DNA of 64,000 nt, from assembly GCA_026770705.1 (NCBI GenBank), contig JANJGN010000557.1, positions 248,001-312,000 of the forward strand. Reading direction: 5' to 3'. Of the stretch, positions 11,900 to 25,194 are shown piece after piece. This DNA is from Isurus oxyrinchus (Eukaryota). The notes under the pieces are model-generated. The model did not search any database. It was not told the DNA's origin and was given only the letters and a program-made list of their open reading frames with translations. How positions within the stretch are numbered: the stretch's first letter is position 1; every line of letters begins with the position of its first letter. The position numbers and the translations under genes were made by a program.

Positions 11900-13860
11900 T
11901 GTGGAAGGGGAGCCAATCAATCGGGCTGCTTTGTCCTGGATGGTGTCAAGCTTCTTGAGTGTTGTTGGAGCTGTGCTCATCCAGGCATGTGGAGAGTATT
12001 CCATCACACTCCTGACTTGTGCGTTGTAGATGGTGGACAGGCTTTGGGGAGTCAGGAGGTGAGTTACTGTCTGCAGGGTTCCCAGCCTCTGACCTGCTCT
12101 TGCAGCCACAGTGTTTATATGGCTGGTCCAGTTCAGTTTCTGCTCAATGGTAACTCCCAGGATGTTGATATTGGGGGATTCATTGATGGTAATGCCATTG
12201 AATGCCAAGGGGCGATGGTTATGAATGGTCTGTGGGATACTCTGGTACAAAATTTCAACACTCGGACTCCAGATGCAATATTCAAGTGGTTCCTTTATTA
12301 GGCATGTGGGGAGCAAACGCTGGGCAGTACAGGTGCTTCTCCACCGAGGTTCAAATGAGCACAGTTTATATATTTTTTACTCTCAGTTACAAGGTAATGG
12401 TATTAGTTAGACAAAGGCCACAGCACAATGATCCTCCGGTGGGCTGATAATTGTGTTCTTGTATAGTAATTACAGGGCAGAGACTGGCTATTGTCCTTTT
12501 GAGACAGCAAAGAATCTATGTTTGTTCGATACAAAAGGTTTCCGGAGGCTGACTGGATGTGGTTCAAGGCCATCGGAGGGTGTGAAATAACCTTCCCCAT
12601 TTCTTGATTGAGTCACCCTGTGTCCTTGTGTGTGTGTCTCCCATTTCCTCATTGCAAATTTCCAACTGAGCCCTTTGTACAGGTTTTTAGCTTTCACGTA
12701 AGGATGTGTACGCTTTGGCACCCTAGCTGCTGGTCCTGGCTGGCTCTTTAAAATAAATCCAAATTTTCTGCGCCTTCAGTTAGATTCTCTCTTGTTGGAG
12801 CTGGTCATTGCCTGGCACTTGTGTGGCATGAATGTTACTTGTCACCTGTCAGCCCAAGCCTGGATGTTGTCCAGGTCTTGCTGCATTTGGACATAACTTG
12901 CTTCAGTATCTGAGGAGCCGTGAATGGTGCTGAACATTGTGCAAACATCAGCAAATATCCCCACTTCTGACCTTATGATGGAAGGAAGGTCATTGATGAA
13001 GCAGCTGAAGATAGTTGAGCCTCGGACACTACCCTGAGTAACTCCTGCAGTGATGTCCTGGAACTGAGATGATTGACCCCCAACAATCACAACCATCGTC
13101 CTTTGTGCTGGGTATGACTCCAAGCAGCGGAGAGTTTTCCCCCGATTCCCATTGACTCCAGTTTTGCTCGGGCTCCTTGTTTTGCCACACTCAGTCAAAT
13201 GCTGCCTTGATGTCAAGGGCAGTCACTCTCACCTCACCTCTGGAGTTCAGCTCATTTGTGCATGTTTGAACCAAGGCTGTAATGAGGCCAGGAGCTGAAT
13301 GATCCTGGTGGAACACAAACTGAGCGTCAGTGAGCAGGTTCTTGCTAAGCAGGTGCTGCTTGCAAGCGCTGTTGATGACCCCTTCCATCACTTTAGTAAT
13401 GATCAAGAATAGACGGCTGGGGAATTGGCTGGGTTGGATTTGTCCTGCTTTTTGTGTACAGGACGTACCCCATAGCCGGGTAGTTGCCAGTGTTGCAGCT
13501 GTACTAGAAAATTCCAGAAAAGCTTGGCTAGGGGCGCAGCAAGTTCTGGAGCACAAGTCTTCAGTACTATTGCCGGAATATTGTCAGGGTCTGGAGCATT
13601 TGCAATATCCAGTGCCTTCAGCCCTTCCTTGATATCACGTGGAATTAATCGAATTGGCTAAAGATTGGCATCTGTGATGCTGGGGACCTCCGGAGGAGGC
13701 CGAGATGGATCACCCACTCAGCACTTCTGGCTGAAGATTGTTGCGCATGCTTCAGTCTTGTCTTTTGCACCGATGTGCTGGGCTCCTCCATCATTGAGGA
13801 TGGGGATATTTGTGGAGCCTCCTCCTCCAGTGAGTTGTTTAATTGTCCACGACTGGATGT
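11900..13860 (-). mobile_element. Degenerate LINE (CR1/L2 clade) reverse-transcriptase region, interrupted at ~12215-12780
   Basis: ALDIKAAFD, GVTQGSVRGSTIFSCFINDLP, FADVCTMF, ILGVTIEQKLNWTSHIN motifs. Confidence 0.9.
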
Positions 13861-15734
13861 GACATCTGGAATGCGAAGCTAGTCTCAGTAATGGTGACCA
13901 TGAAACTAAGGCCAATTGTTACAAAAACCCATCTGGGTCACTAATGCCCTTTGGGGAAGGAAACCTGCCGTCCTTACCTATTCTGGCCTACGTGTGACTC
14001 CTGACCCACAGCAATGTGGTTGACTCTTAACTGGCCCCTGAAATGGCCGAGCAAGCCACTGAGTTATATCAAAACCCGCCACAGACCAGTCAAACCAGGT
14101 GAACTGCAGCACTTCGAAAAGGCAGCTCAGCACCCCCTTCTCAAGGGGTCAGTCAGGAACAGGTAACAAATGCTGTCCACATCCCGTGAAAGAATTTTGG
14201 TAAAAAGGTAGCCGTGTATCACCACCCACGGCCAGCGCCAACCCCCCCACCCCTACCTGATTGCACCAGTTTCAGATTACACCAGGTCAATGAACGGATA
14301 GAAACCCAAACCAATGAGATGAGCACAGAGCAGGATCAAGCCAGAGAGAGTTGGTGGGAAGAATTGGGAAAGCAACAAAAAAGGCAGAGCGGACACTAAC
14401 ACTATAACAAAGTAAAGACCAGAGGAGGAAGGAAGCAAGTGCGAAGAGGAATTGAGAGCAGAGCTGGTAGGCTGCTTGTCGAAGCCAAGGAACCTCCATA
14501 GGGCACATCCACAGTGCTGTTGGGGAGGGTGATACATGATTTTGACCCAGGATCATCAAGTGTTGCACTGGCAGAGCCTTTAAAGTAAAGGGACCTTTAC
14601 TACCCATGCACCCCCCCGCCCTACAAAGCTGTTGACCTGCTGAGTCCACCTGTACAGGCAACCTCCAGACAGTTGGCTACAGAGGCCATTGCAGCTGCTG
14701 AATATGACTTCCAGTTTCAAACCCTTCATGAATGCAAGGATGGAGAATTCAACAGGAATATTCCTGCACACCCTGTGGCAGATCCTGTAAATAAAAGGGA
14801 CCTTCACTCACTCCCCAAAGCTGCTGACCTGCTGATTCACATCTACAGGCAACCTCCAAATAGTCAACTAGAGAAGACAACGCAGCTGCTGAATGTGACT
14901 CCTAGTTTTAAACCCTTCACTCTGGAAAGAAGGAATCCAGAGCAATGGCCTCAGTATGATTCTTCACAGAAACTGATTTTAAATCTCATGTCTAAGTATT
15001 ATTTTTCCTTTGCTTACATTTTAATCCCTGCACCTGATGGCTTTATCGCTTCAACTTAAATAACTTTCAGCAGGAGCCAGGTTCAAATTGAATGGACAAG
15101 CTGGCTTGGGGGGCCAAAAGGCCTACTCCTGCTTCTGTTTATTTATGTTGGTGTTGTTATGTAGTGGAACTAGAGAGGTTATAGCAGTTATGAGAACATT
15201 AAGCAAACAGCAGCAAGAATTGAACACCTACGTTGTGGTTTATGAAAAGGTTTTCAACCTGGTCAACTGGTAAAATCTGTTGAAAGTGGGCTATCATGGC
15301 GTGTGCCCTTTGTGAGATATTTGTAACAACGTTCTCGATGTCGGAACAGCTTGCATTGAACAAAGCTGATCTTTACCCAGAACTTCAGAGGAAGGGGGGA
15401 CAATTGTTCCCTGGTGTGGGGGGCATGGTGGGGGGGGGAGGGTGAGGGGGAGACAAGTAGCCTGAAATACCAAGCCAGACACTTTGTGAAGACAAAAGTT
15501 GTTTATTCATTTTTTTTTACAAATCATAATCTTTACAATTAAAGTCCCGACAAGATAATGGTGAATCATGAACACATTGTCGGGGTGAATCTGTGCCCGG
15601 GAGCATAAAGCAGCAAAATCAGGAGCCCGCTTTACATCTCTCTGAATTTTAACTATCATTAACCCCAGTAACATCCATTCAAATGACTTAGTCAATAGAT
15701 TCCTCACACATTCACTTGCACACTCACACACCCA

Positions 15735-15983
15735 CACCCACACAGACACACTGACACACTCACTCATTCACATTGACACACACTGACACAGTCACACACA
15801 CCCACACAGACACACTGACACACTCACTCATTCACATTGACACACACTGACACAGTCACACACACCCACACAGACACACTGACACACTCACTCATTCACA
15901 TTGACACACACTGACACAGTCACACATACCCACACAGACACACTGACACACTCACTCATTCACATTGACACACACTGACACAG

Positions 15984-16027
<44 letters not shown>

Positions 16028-16140
16028 ACACAATCACACACATTCACATTGACACGCACTGACAGTCACACATACACACACACACGCTGACACAATCACA
16101 CACATTCACATTGACACACACATATTGACAGTCACACACA
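15735..16140. repeat. CA-rich 64-bp tandem repeat plus (CA)n
   Basis: CATTGACACA recurs at 15771, 15835 and 15899. Confidence 0.9.
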
Positions 16141-16679
16141 CACGCTCATAAAGACAGACACAAACACAGTCACGTGAGGTGAATAGTGTCGATGTATTTA
16201 AGGGGAAGCTGGATAAACACACGAGGGAGAAATGAATAGAAGGATATGGTGATGGGGTGAGATGGAGAAGGGGTGGGCGGAGACTCGTGTGGAGCAGAAA
16301 TACCAGCATGGAGCAGATGGGCCGAATGGCTTCTTTCCCTGCTGTAAAACGCAGGTAAAGTTTCAGCTGGAATTAATGAACAGGGCCTGTGTGAAATAGA
16401 TTGCTAAGCAGTAGATAAGGAGGGGAGAGGCTGTGGCATGGTGCAGGATGACCTTGCGTGAATGAGGCCAGGGTCTAATATCTACAGCAGAGACCACAAG
16501 TCTCATTTGGTCCTCTCCAATTACAGCAGTTACAGCAGAATCTGCAGAGCTGCTGTCTGCCCATTCTCTTCTGGCGCTGCAGCAAGGAGCCCAGGAAAAG
16601 CAGGAGGACAATAGGTGAGAACATTCCGGAAAGAAAGAAGGCATCATTTCAATCAGGCGCGTCATTGGAAGGAGGATGG

Positions 16680-17290
16680 CGCATTTCTATAGCGCCTTTC
16701 CCCTCCTCGGGATGGCCCAAAGTGTTCCACAGCTGAAGGAAGGACTTTTTCTGAAGTGAGCTCACCGCTGTAATGTAGGAAACGCAGCAGGCAATTCACG
16801 CACAGCAAGATCCCACAAACAGAAATGTGATAATGGCCCCGATTTTCAGTTTTTTACCAATGTCAGTTGAGGGATAAATGTTTGCCCCAGGAAAGCGGAC
16901 ATAACTCCACCCCATCCACCCCCCACCACCCCCTCCACGCATACCCCCAACTCCTGACGCACTTCATTTAAATTGTGGCCATGGAATCCTCTACATCCAT
17001 CTGAGAGGGCAGATGTTGTCTCAGTTTAATATCTCATCTGAAAGACAGCGCCTTCAACAGTGCAGCACCCCCTCAGTACTGACCCTCCGACTGTGCAGCA
17101 CTCCCTCAGTACTGACCGTCTGACAATGCAGCACCCCCTCAGTACTGACCCTCCGACTGTGCAGTCCCCCGCCGGTACTGACCCTCTGACAGTGCAGCAC
17201 TCCAAGACTGACCGTCTGACAATGCAGCACCCCCTCAGTACTGACCCTCCGACTGTCCTGCCCCCCCGCCGGTACTGACCCTCCGACAGC
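16680..17290. mobile_element. SINE (DeuSINE-like core) running into the 33-bp minisatellite
   Basis: CACAGCAAGATCCCACAAAC...GAGAGGGCAGA...TCTCATCTGAAAGACAGCGCC, then 33-bp units. Confidence 0.7.
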
Positions 17291-18979
17291 TCGGTAATTT
17301 CTCAATTACGCCTGGTGGTCCTTTTAACTCAGAGCTGAGAGTTGCAGAGAATCGAGCAGACACCCTGAACTGACACTTGCAGTGCAAGTACTGGGAGCGC
17401 GCTGGTCATTATCATGCTGCTGTCTGTGGGATCTTACTGTGCGCCAATGGCTGATTCTTTTCCCACAGTACATCAGTGACCTCACATGAAAGAAAAAAAG
17501 CACTTGATTGTCTGCGAAACAGTTTGGGACGTCCTGATGTGTTGGAAGGCGCTAGAGAAATGCAAGCCCTCTTTGTCTTTCACTCGATCCTCTAAGGTGT
17601 CTGTTGATTAACCAGCCTCTCGGTGTATGATGTAGGCCTGGTTATAAACAGTTAGAAGGATCAAATATCAAAAGTGCTTTGGCTGACAGTCAAACCGATT
17701 GTGCATTCGGAGAGATTAGATACGGTCTGCGCACAATGACTCCAGTCTCTGGCACTGACTGCCGCCTGGGGTCTCCCTTCCACATAACACTCACAACTTG
17801 CATTTACACAGCGCCTCTGACATTGCAAAATGTCCCAGCCCACATTACCGGAGCGTAAATCAGAGAGAAGTCTAACACTGAGTCACATATGGAGATATTA
17901 GGGATAGGTGACCAAAAGCTTGGTCAAAGATGTCAGTTTTTAAGGAGCGTCTTAAAGGAGAGAGAGAGAGAGAGGCAGAGAGGTTAAGGGAGGGTATTCC
18001 GGAGCTCAGGGCCCCAGGCAGCTGAAGGCACGGCCGCCAATGGTGGAGCGATGGGAATCAGGGGGACCCGGGAGATGCAGTAATGTCAGAGATTTTGGAG
18101 GAACATCGGGACCGGAGGAGGTGTTCTCCTGCTCCATATCTCTCTCTCTCTTCCTCTCATCCACTCCTCCTCTCCCTGTCTCTCTCTCTCCTACTCTTCC
18201 TCTCAATTGCCCTCTCTCCCAATCTTTCTCTCCTCTCTCCCTTTTCCTGTCTCTCTCCCTCTCTCTCCCCTGTCTCCTTCTCCCACTCTGTATCTCTCCC
18301 TCTCTCTCACACTATTTTTGTAACTTTCGCTCACTCTGTAACTCTCCCTTCCCTGTTAATTTCTCTCTCTTAGACAATCTCTCTTCCCTTTTCACTTTCC
18401 CTCACTCTGCATCTCTTCTTTAATTTCTCCCTCTGTCACTCTCTCCCACTTATGTTCTTTCCCTTTCACCCCTCCCCGTCCCACTCTCTGTCTCTCTCTT
18501 CCAATCCCTCCCTCCCCCATTCCATCCCTCTCTCCGACTCTCGACTCCCAGCCTCTCTTTAACCCACTCCCAGGCTGGATCAGTCTCCCTCTCACTATTC
18601 CCGGCGTGGGTTACATTTAAAATTCCTGTGGGGATATGTTCACTTCCTTGGAATTGCCTCTTCCCAGCTTTGCAAAAAAAGGTGGGGGGGGGGGCTCGAT
18701 TTCAAACCTGCCTCCTGAGTATAACCGAGACAGACTGCCACTGAAATCAGCTTGAAATCAGAAAACTTTCTGTGGAAGAAACGAGCAGGGAGAAACCTTA
18801 AAATAAGGAATGAATTTCCACCTACCGTGTCCGGGGAATCCACAGATTTCTCAATCGTCGAAGAACCTAAAGCAGTGTCAACCTGCAAAAAGAAAGAATT
18901 TATCAGGGAGAAAGTGAGAGGAGGATTGAGGGAGAGGGAGAGAGAGAGAGAGGTACAGGAGAGAGAGGGGGAGGAGGAC

Positions 18980-19570
18980 AGACTTGCATTTCTCTAACGC
19001 CTTTCACCACATCCCAAAGCATTTCACAGCCACTGAAGGATGTTTTTGAAGTGCACTCACACTGTAGGAAATGTGGCAGCTGATTTGTGCACAGCAAGAT
19101 CCCACAAATAGCAATGTGATCATGGCCTAGATCATCTGTTTTTGGTGATGTTGGGTGAGGGATAAATATTGGTCCCAGGACACCGGGGAGAACACCCCCT
19201 GCTCTTCCTCCAAATAGTGGCTGTGGGATCTTTCACACCCGCCCGAGAGGGCAGACGGGGGACTCAGTTTAATGTCTCATTCAACATTGTTGTGCTCCCT
19301 CAGTACTAACCCTTTGACACTGCAGCACTCCCTCAGTACTAACCCCTCGATAGTGCTGCACTCCCACAGTATTATCCCTCCGTCAGTGCAGCGCTCCCTC
19401 AGTACTGACCCTCCGACAGTGCAACACTTCCACAGTACTGACCCTGTAACAATGCAGCACTTCCTCAGTACTGACCTCCGACAGTATAGCACTCACTCAG
19501 TACTGTTCCTCCAATAGTGCAACACTTCCACACTACTGACCCTCTGACAGTGCAGCACTCCCTCAGCACG
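18980..19570. mobile_element. SINE of the same family with a 33-bp minisatellite tail
   Basis: Homologous to 16680-17290. Confidence 0.7.
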
Positions 19571-19604
19571 GAGTGTTGACCGATGTTATAGAGTTCATCA
19601 GCAT

Positions 19605-20270
19605 TGTAGGGGCTGGAGGAGGTTACAGTGATTCTGAGCGTCGTGGGGCCTGGAGGAGGTTACAGAGATAGGGAGGGTTGTAGGGTCTGGAGGAGGTTAC
19701 AGAGATAGGGAGAGTTGTAGGGTCTGGAGCAGGTTACAGAGATAGGGAGGGTTGTAGGGTCTAGAGGAGGTTACAGTGATCATGAGGGTTGTGGGGCCTG
19801 GGGGAGGTTACAGAGATAGGTAGGGTTGTAGGGGCTGGAGGAGGTTACAGAGATAGGGAGGTTTATAGGGGCTGGAGGAGGTTACAGAGATAGGGAGGGT
19901 TGTAGGGGCTGGAGGAGGTTACGGAGATAGGGAGTGTTGTAGGGGCTGGAGGAGGTAACAGAGATAGGGACAGTTGTAGGGGCTGGAGGAAGTTACAGAG
20001 ATAGGGATTGTTGTAGGGGCTGGAGGAGGTTACAGATATAGGGAGGGTTGTAGCGGCTGGAGGAGGTTACAGAGATAGGGAGGGGTGTAGGGGCTGGAGG
20101 AGGTTACAGAGATGGGGACAGTTGTAGGGGCTGGAGGAGGTTACAGAGATAGGGAGGGGTGTAGGGGCTGGAGGAGGTTACAGAGATAGGGAGGGGTGTA
20201 GGGGCTGGAGGAGGTTACAGAGATAGGGAGGGTTGTACGGGCTGGAGGAGGTTACAGAGATAGGGAGTCG
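19605..20270 (+). repeat. 37-bp G-rich minisatellite
   Basis: GAGGGTTGTAGGGGCTGGAGGAGGTTACAGAGATAGG, about 18 units. Confidence 0.95.
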
Positions 20271-21224
20271 CTGAGGAGGGATTGAAAACAAGAATGAGAA
20301 TTTCAGGGGAAATGACAGAAGGAAATGATGTTAAATTCATAGAGGGCGACAATATTAAAGGCACGAACATAATAATATCAAACTGCGGAAGAGACCAGTC
20401 TATCTGGGTGGTAGACGTAGAGTCATGTGCAAGAAACACCTCACCCAGAGGGACATCTCTTAGCTTACCCTCGACAAGGAGAAGAAGTGACTCAGCTGCA
20501 GGGAGAGCAGCAAAGTCAGAGTGAACAAGACAAGTCGCCATTTCATCTGGGAGCTTCCCATCTCTGCCTGTCTCTTCTGATCTTCTGGCTCTGCTTTGAT
20601 GCTTTGGTTTGTAACTAGAGGAGCTTCCTGCTCTTATACCTGAAACACTTGAAGGGGACAGCCGCGGGTGGGTAGCTGTGTGGTATCACACCCATTTCTG
20701 GATATTGCAGTGTCGATGTTCCCTGTCCCACTGGCCTGGGACCAGCAGTAAGGTCACTGGGACATTGACTGTCTGGCGCCGAGAACTATCAGTCCCTCCG
20801 CAACGCCCTTCACCTTGTGCAAATATGTGTTCATATTGACGCAACACAACATAGCAAAAACGGAGGGGCTGGTTCTTATGTCGGCAAATCAGGTGAACCG
20901 CATGCCCCCTAACCCCTTACTCCTCTCATTGCTACACTTACTATTTTACAAATTGTGTGCGTTGCTTTTATTTTGGACAAGGGGCCTCGAGGGGGAACTG
21001 ATTTACGCTGAGGTTTAAGGGTTAACAGCCATGTCATGTGTTGATCGGTCAGTGTTTACCATGTGGAGACTGTCTGGCACCAGCTTTGTTCATGGTTTAT
21101 CCAGGAACATTGAAGGGCATGAACGTTCTTGCTTTGTATGGAACAAGTTACCAACTGGGTTCAGTCATCGACTCAGACTCACATCAACATAAACTGGCTT
21201 CTGACAGGTAAGTTTCTATTACAT

Positions 21225-21860
21225 GAGGGTAGGAGGAGGCCATTTGGCCCCTCGAGCCTGCTCCACCATTCAATGAGATCATGGCTGATCTGCAAACTAG
21301 CCCCATATGGCTTTGTCCCATCTCCTTTAATACCTTTGGATAACAAAAATCTATCAGTCTCACAGGTTTAAAATGAACAACTTGATCGTGCATCAGTTTC
21401 AGTTTGGGGAAGACCGTTCCAAATTTCTCCCACCCTTTGTGCTTCCTAATTTCACTCCTGAAAGGTCAGCCTCTCCTTTTTAGGCTCTGACCCCGAGTCC
21501 CAGACTCCCCCCAACCAGGGGAAATGGTTTCCCTTTATTGCCCCCAATCTGTTCCCCTTAGTTTCATGCAAACTTTCATCAAATCTCCTGCTTAACATTC
21601 TAACTTCCAGGGAATACAAGCCGAGTTTGTGTTTAATCTCTCCTTGTGATTTAACCCTTGGAGTCCCGGTCTCATTCTGGTAAACTGACACTGCTCTCCC
21701 TCCGAGGTCAATATATCCTTCCTAAGGTGTGGGGCCCAGAATGTCTCACAGTGACTCCAGGTGTGGTCTAGCCAGGGCTTTATGTAGACTGAAGCATGAC
21801 CTCTGCCCCCTTATATTCTAATCCGTGAGATAGAAAGGGCAGAGTTCCAGAATTGTTGTG
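21225..21860 (-). mobile_element. CR1-type LINE 3' fragment
   Basis: LGLYSLEVRMLS and GLEYKGAEVMLQ motifs, with a typical 3' tail. Confidence 0.75.
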
Positions 21861-22924
21861 TTTATTCGACAACAGAATAACAGAGGAAGGTTTCCTCTCT
21901 GCCCTCTTCAGCCCCACTGGGAAGGTCAGGATGAGAAGGTTGGGCTGGGTCCCCTGTACTGGACACTCGCTGAATCTTCCAATGATAGTTCTGGGCTGGA
22001 TTTCAAAACGCATAGACAAGGATTCAGTGTTCCATCACATTCTGCCTTTGTCTCTTTTCCTCTCGTTCTCTTTCTCTACCATCCTCTCTCTCTATCTATC
22101 TATCTTTCTCCTCATTCTCTCCTGCTTCATCTCTATCACTTTCTTTCTACTTCTTTGTGTGTCTCTGTCTGTCTCTCTCTCTCACTCTTTCTTTCCTTGT
22201 CCTTATCTCTTTCAGTGTCTCCCTCTTTCTCTCTCTCTCTCTCTCTCTAAATGTGACCCTCTCTAACTGTTTGGCCCAGTACTCTTATTTCCCTGTTTTA
22301 CTGGTGTTCCATTTGAAGGTATACAAGACCAGATCAGACCAGAATGTTTATTTTCCAGTGTTTACTGTGTTTTTTTCATTCTGGGTGTCTCTCAACTCTG
22401 TCTGTCCCTCTCTGTCCTTTTATTTCATTCTTTCATGTGATGTGGACATCACTGCCCAGGCCAGCATTTATTGCCCAACCCTAATTGCCCTTGTTCAGAG
22501 GCCACTTTTTAAAAGTGAACCACATTGCTGTGGGTCTGGAGTCACATGTAGGCCAGACCAGGTAAGGACAGCAGATTTCCCTCCCTAAAGGGCATTTGTG
22601 ACCCAAATACAAGAATCAGCAATGGTTTCCTGGTCATCATCGGACTTTTAATTCCAGGTTTTTATTGAGTTCAAATTCCACCAACTGCTGTGGTGGGATT
22701 CTAACCAGGGTCCCAGGAGCATTACGCTGGGTCTCTGGATTACTGGTCCAGTGAAAATACCATCAGTCCAACACCTCCCCACTCTTCCCTTCCACCATCT
22801 TTCACACTTGTTCTGTCTCTCTCTCACTCTCCTTCTCTCTTCTCCCTCTCTCAGTCTCTGTCTGTCTCTCAATCTCTCTATCGCTCTCTATCTCCTGGAG
22901 GCTCTCTCTCTGACTGTCTCCCTC

Positions 22925-23205
22925 CCTATATCTGTAACCTCCTCTCTCTGTCCCTTTCCTCCAGCCCCTACAACCCTCCCTAAGGCAGCCTCCACCTGCC
23001 TCTACAATCCTCCCCATCTCTGTAACCACCTTCAACCCCTACACCCCTCCCTATATCTGTAACCACCTCCAACCCCCACAACCCTCCCCATCTCTGTAAC
23101 CACCTTCAACCCCCACAACCCTCCCCATCTCTGTAACCACCTTCAACCCCTACACCCCTCCCTATACCTGTAACCTCCTCCAGCCCCTGTAACCCTCCCT
23201 ATCTC
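22925..23205 (-). repeat. 37-bp minisatellite, inverted relative to 19605-20270
   Basis: CCCTATATCTGTAACCACCTCCAACCCCCACAACCCT units. Confidence 0.85.
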
Positions 23206-24435
23206 TTTAAGGGTTCTCAAAATTCCCACATTTTCCATATCATCAACAAGGATATCACTTTTGCACCTTTAAACTGCTGAGTTAAGTGGAAAACCCTGCA
23301 GACAGGAGGCTGGGCCCATGAAGGCCTGGGGCTGCACATGTCCGGGCTTATTGAGAGCAGTGTGGAATGTTTGGCCTGAAACCAGACAACGAGAGGAGAC
23401 AGAATACGCATTCTTCCCTTTAATACAATCAACCCAGAGAAAGACTTCACTTCACACGCAACTGAAGCCCATCTAAATCTTGCATCAATAATCGCTCCTA
23501 ACTTCTGAGGCCGGCAATTTAATTATGCGAACCCATCAATACTCCACACATACAATGGCTTTCAGTTCAAAACTAGTTACTGGGCAGGAAGACAATGATA
23601 AACATCATGCGAGCCCATTAACAACAACGAGATATCAATCACCTGGGGAAGCCCACCAAAGACAAACAAAGAACGAACCTTGATTTGGATTGCGATAAGA
23701 AACTCGAAAGGCAGTATAACTGGGCAGTCAGTTGGGAGAGAAACCAGCCAGCAGAAGGGTTGCAGTGTTGAAAGCTGACACAGGGCAGTGAGCAGTTGGG
23801 AGCGGTTGAAACAGAGTTTAAGCAAGGAGATCTGGAGGTTTGCAGGCCCACAGGCAACATCACGGTGAGGGGCACGGGGTGGCAGGCTCAACCGAAGATA
23901 CAAGGCCACAACCGCTGCCCTCCATGAAGATCGACCACCCACAACCGCGCCATCCACCCAACTGAAGACCCTTCACAGATTCCACAGACCAGGACCACGT
24001 GGGGATGACAGGCCCCAGAGGACACTAAGAGCGTCCCCCAAAACTGCAACCGGCTTACCTGGCTGGATTTCCACCTGTCAAGGAACCCTGGGTTGGTGAG
24101 CGTGACCCCTGACCTCTCCTAGTGCAATTTAGTTAGGGATGGGGGGTGGGACAAGGGTAAGGGCATTAGTAGCGTGATTCTCCCTCGTTATGCCGTGTGT
24201 TCCCCATTCTTAACTCAGTGTACTTTGTAAGTCTGTATAATCTCAGTGTCATCCTAATGTTAGAAGTTCATTTGTGACTTCAGTAAACTCAGTTTTTGTC
24301 TTGCACCAAAACCAGTTGTCTGCTGCACTTTGTGACAAGCCCCGAATAAGTCCAAGGTCTAGAACCCAGGGAGTGGGAGCGATTCAGACGGCTCAGAAGT
24401 CGCAGGTGAAGCTGACACACACCACCACACCCTAC
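23206..24435. mobile_element. Possible solo LTR
   Basis: Non-coding 1.2-kb block with a TATA-like GTATAA, ending ACCCTACA. The left terminus is degenerate. Confidence 0.35.
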
Positions 24436-24930
24436 AAGGGGCTGAATGGCCTCCACCTGTTCCTGTGTAACGGGCATCAGTGGCTGAATGGGCCTCGTCC
24501 TTTTTCTGTGTAACAGGCTCAATGGGGCTGAATGGGCCTCCTCCTGTTCTTGTCTAACAGGCTCGAGGGGGCTGAATGGGCCTCCTCCAGTTCTTGTGTA
24601 ACAGGCTTGAGGAGCTAAATGGGCCTCCTTCCGTTCCTGTGTAACAGACATCAGTGGCTGAATGGGCTTGCTCCTGTTCCTGTGTAACAGTCTTGAGGGG
24701 GCTGAATGGCCTCTTCCTGTATCTGTGTAACAGGCTCAATGGGCTGAATGGCCCCCTTCTGTTCCTGTGTAACAGTCTCGAGGGGGCTGAATGGGCCTCT
24801 TCCTGTTCCTGTGTAACAGGCTCGACGGGCTGAATGGCCTCCTCCTGTTCCTGTGTAACAGGCTTGAGGGGGCTGAATGGCCTCCTCCTGTTCCTGTGTA
24901 ACAGGCTCAAGGGGCTGAATGGCCTCCTTC
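24436..24930. repeat. ~43-44-bp minisatellite
   Basis: GGGGCTGAATGGGCCTCCTCCTGTTCCTGTGTAACAGGCTCGA, about 11 units. Confidence 0.92.
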
Positions 24931-24934
24931 TGCT

Positions 24935-25190
24935 CTGTAAACTTGTTGTGATACTGTAACTGCCTCTTTGGTTTCATTCAGCTGAATCTTCAGCTCTTCA
25001 GTCTCTTCCTTGTATCTCTTGCCTTCCTCCTGGAACATTGGACATGGTTGGGTCTTCCCTGCCAACTGTTTCTTCAGTTTGCTCAGAGCGGCACAGAATT
25101 CGCTTTCTTTCTCTTCAGGATTTTCCAGTGGAACCAACTCTGACCTGAGGGACACTTGCAGCCTGTGAGGATGCTTCAATTCTTCAAACT
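24935..25190 (-). pseudogene. Isolated coiled-coil coding fragment, UACA/RAI14-family-like
   Basis: LQVSLRSELVPLENPEEKESEFCAALSKLKKQLAGKTQ..QEEGKRYKEETEELKIQL resembles my recollection of the UACA coiled coil. Not searched. Confidence 0.5.
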
Positions 25191-25194
25191 CATT

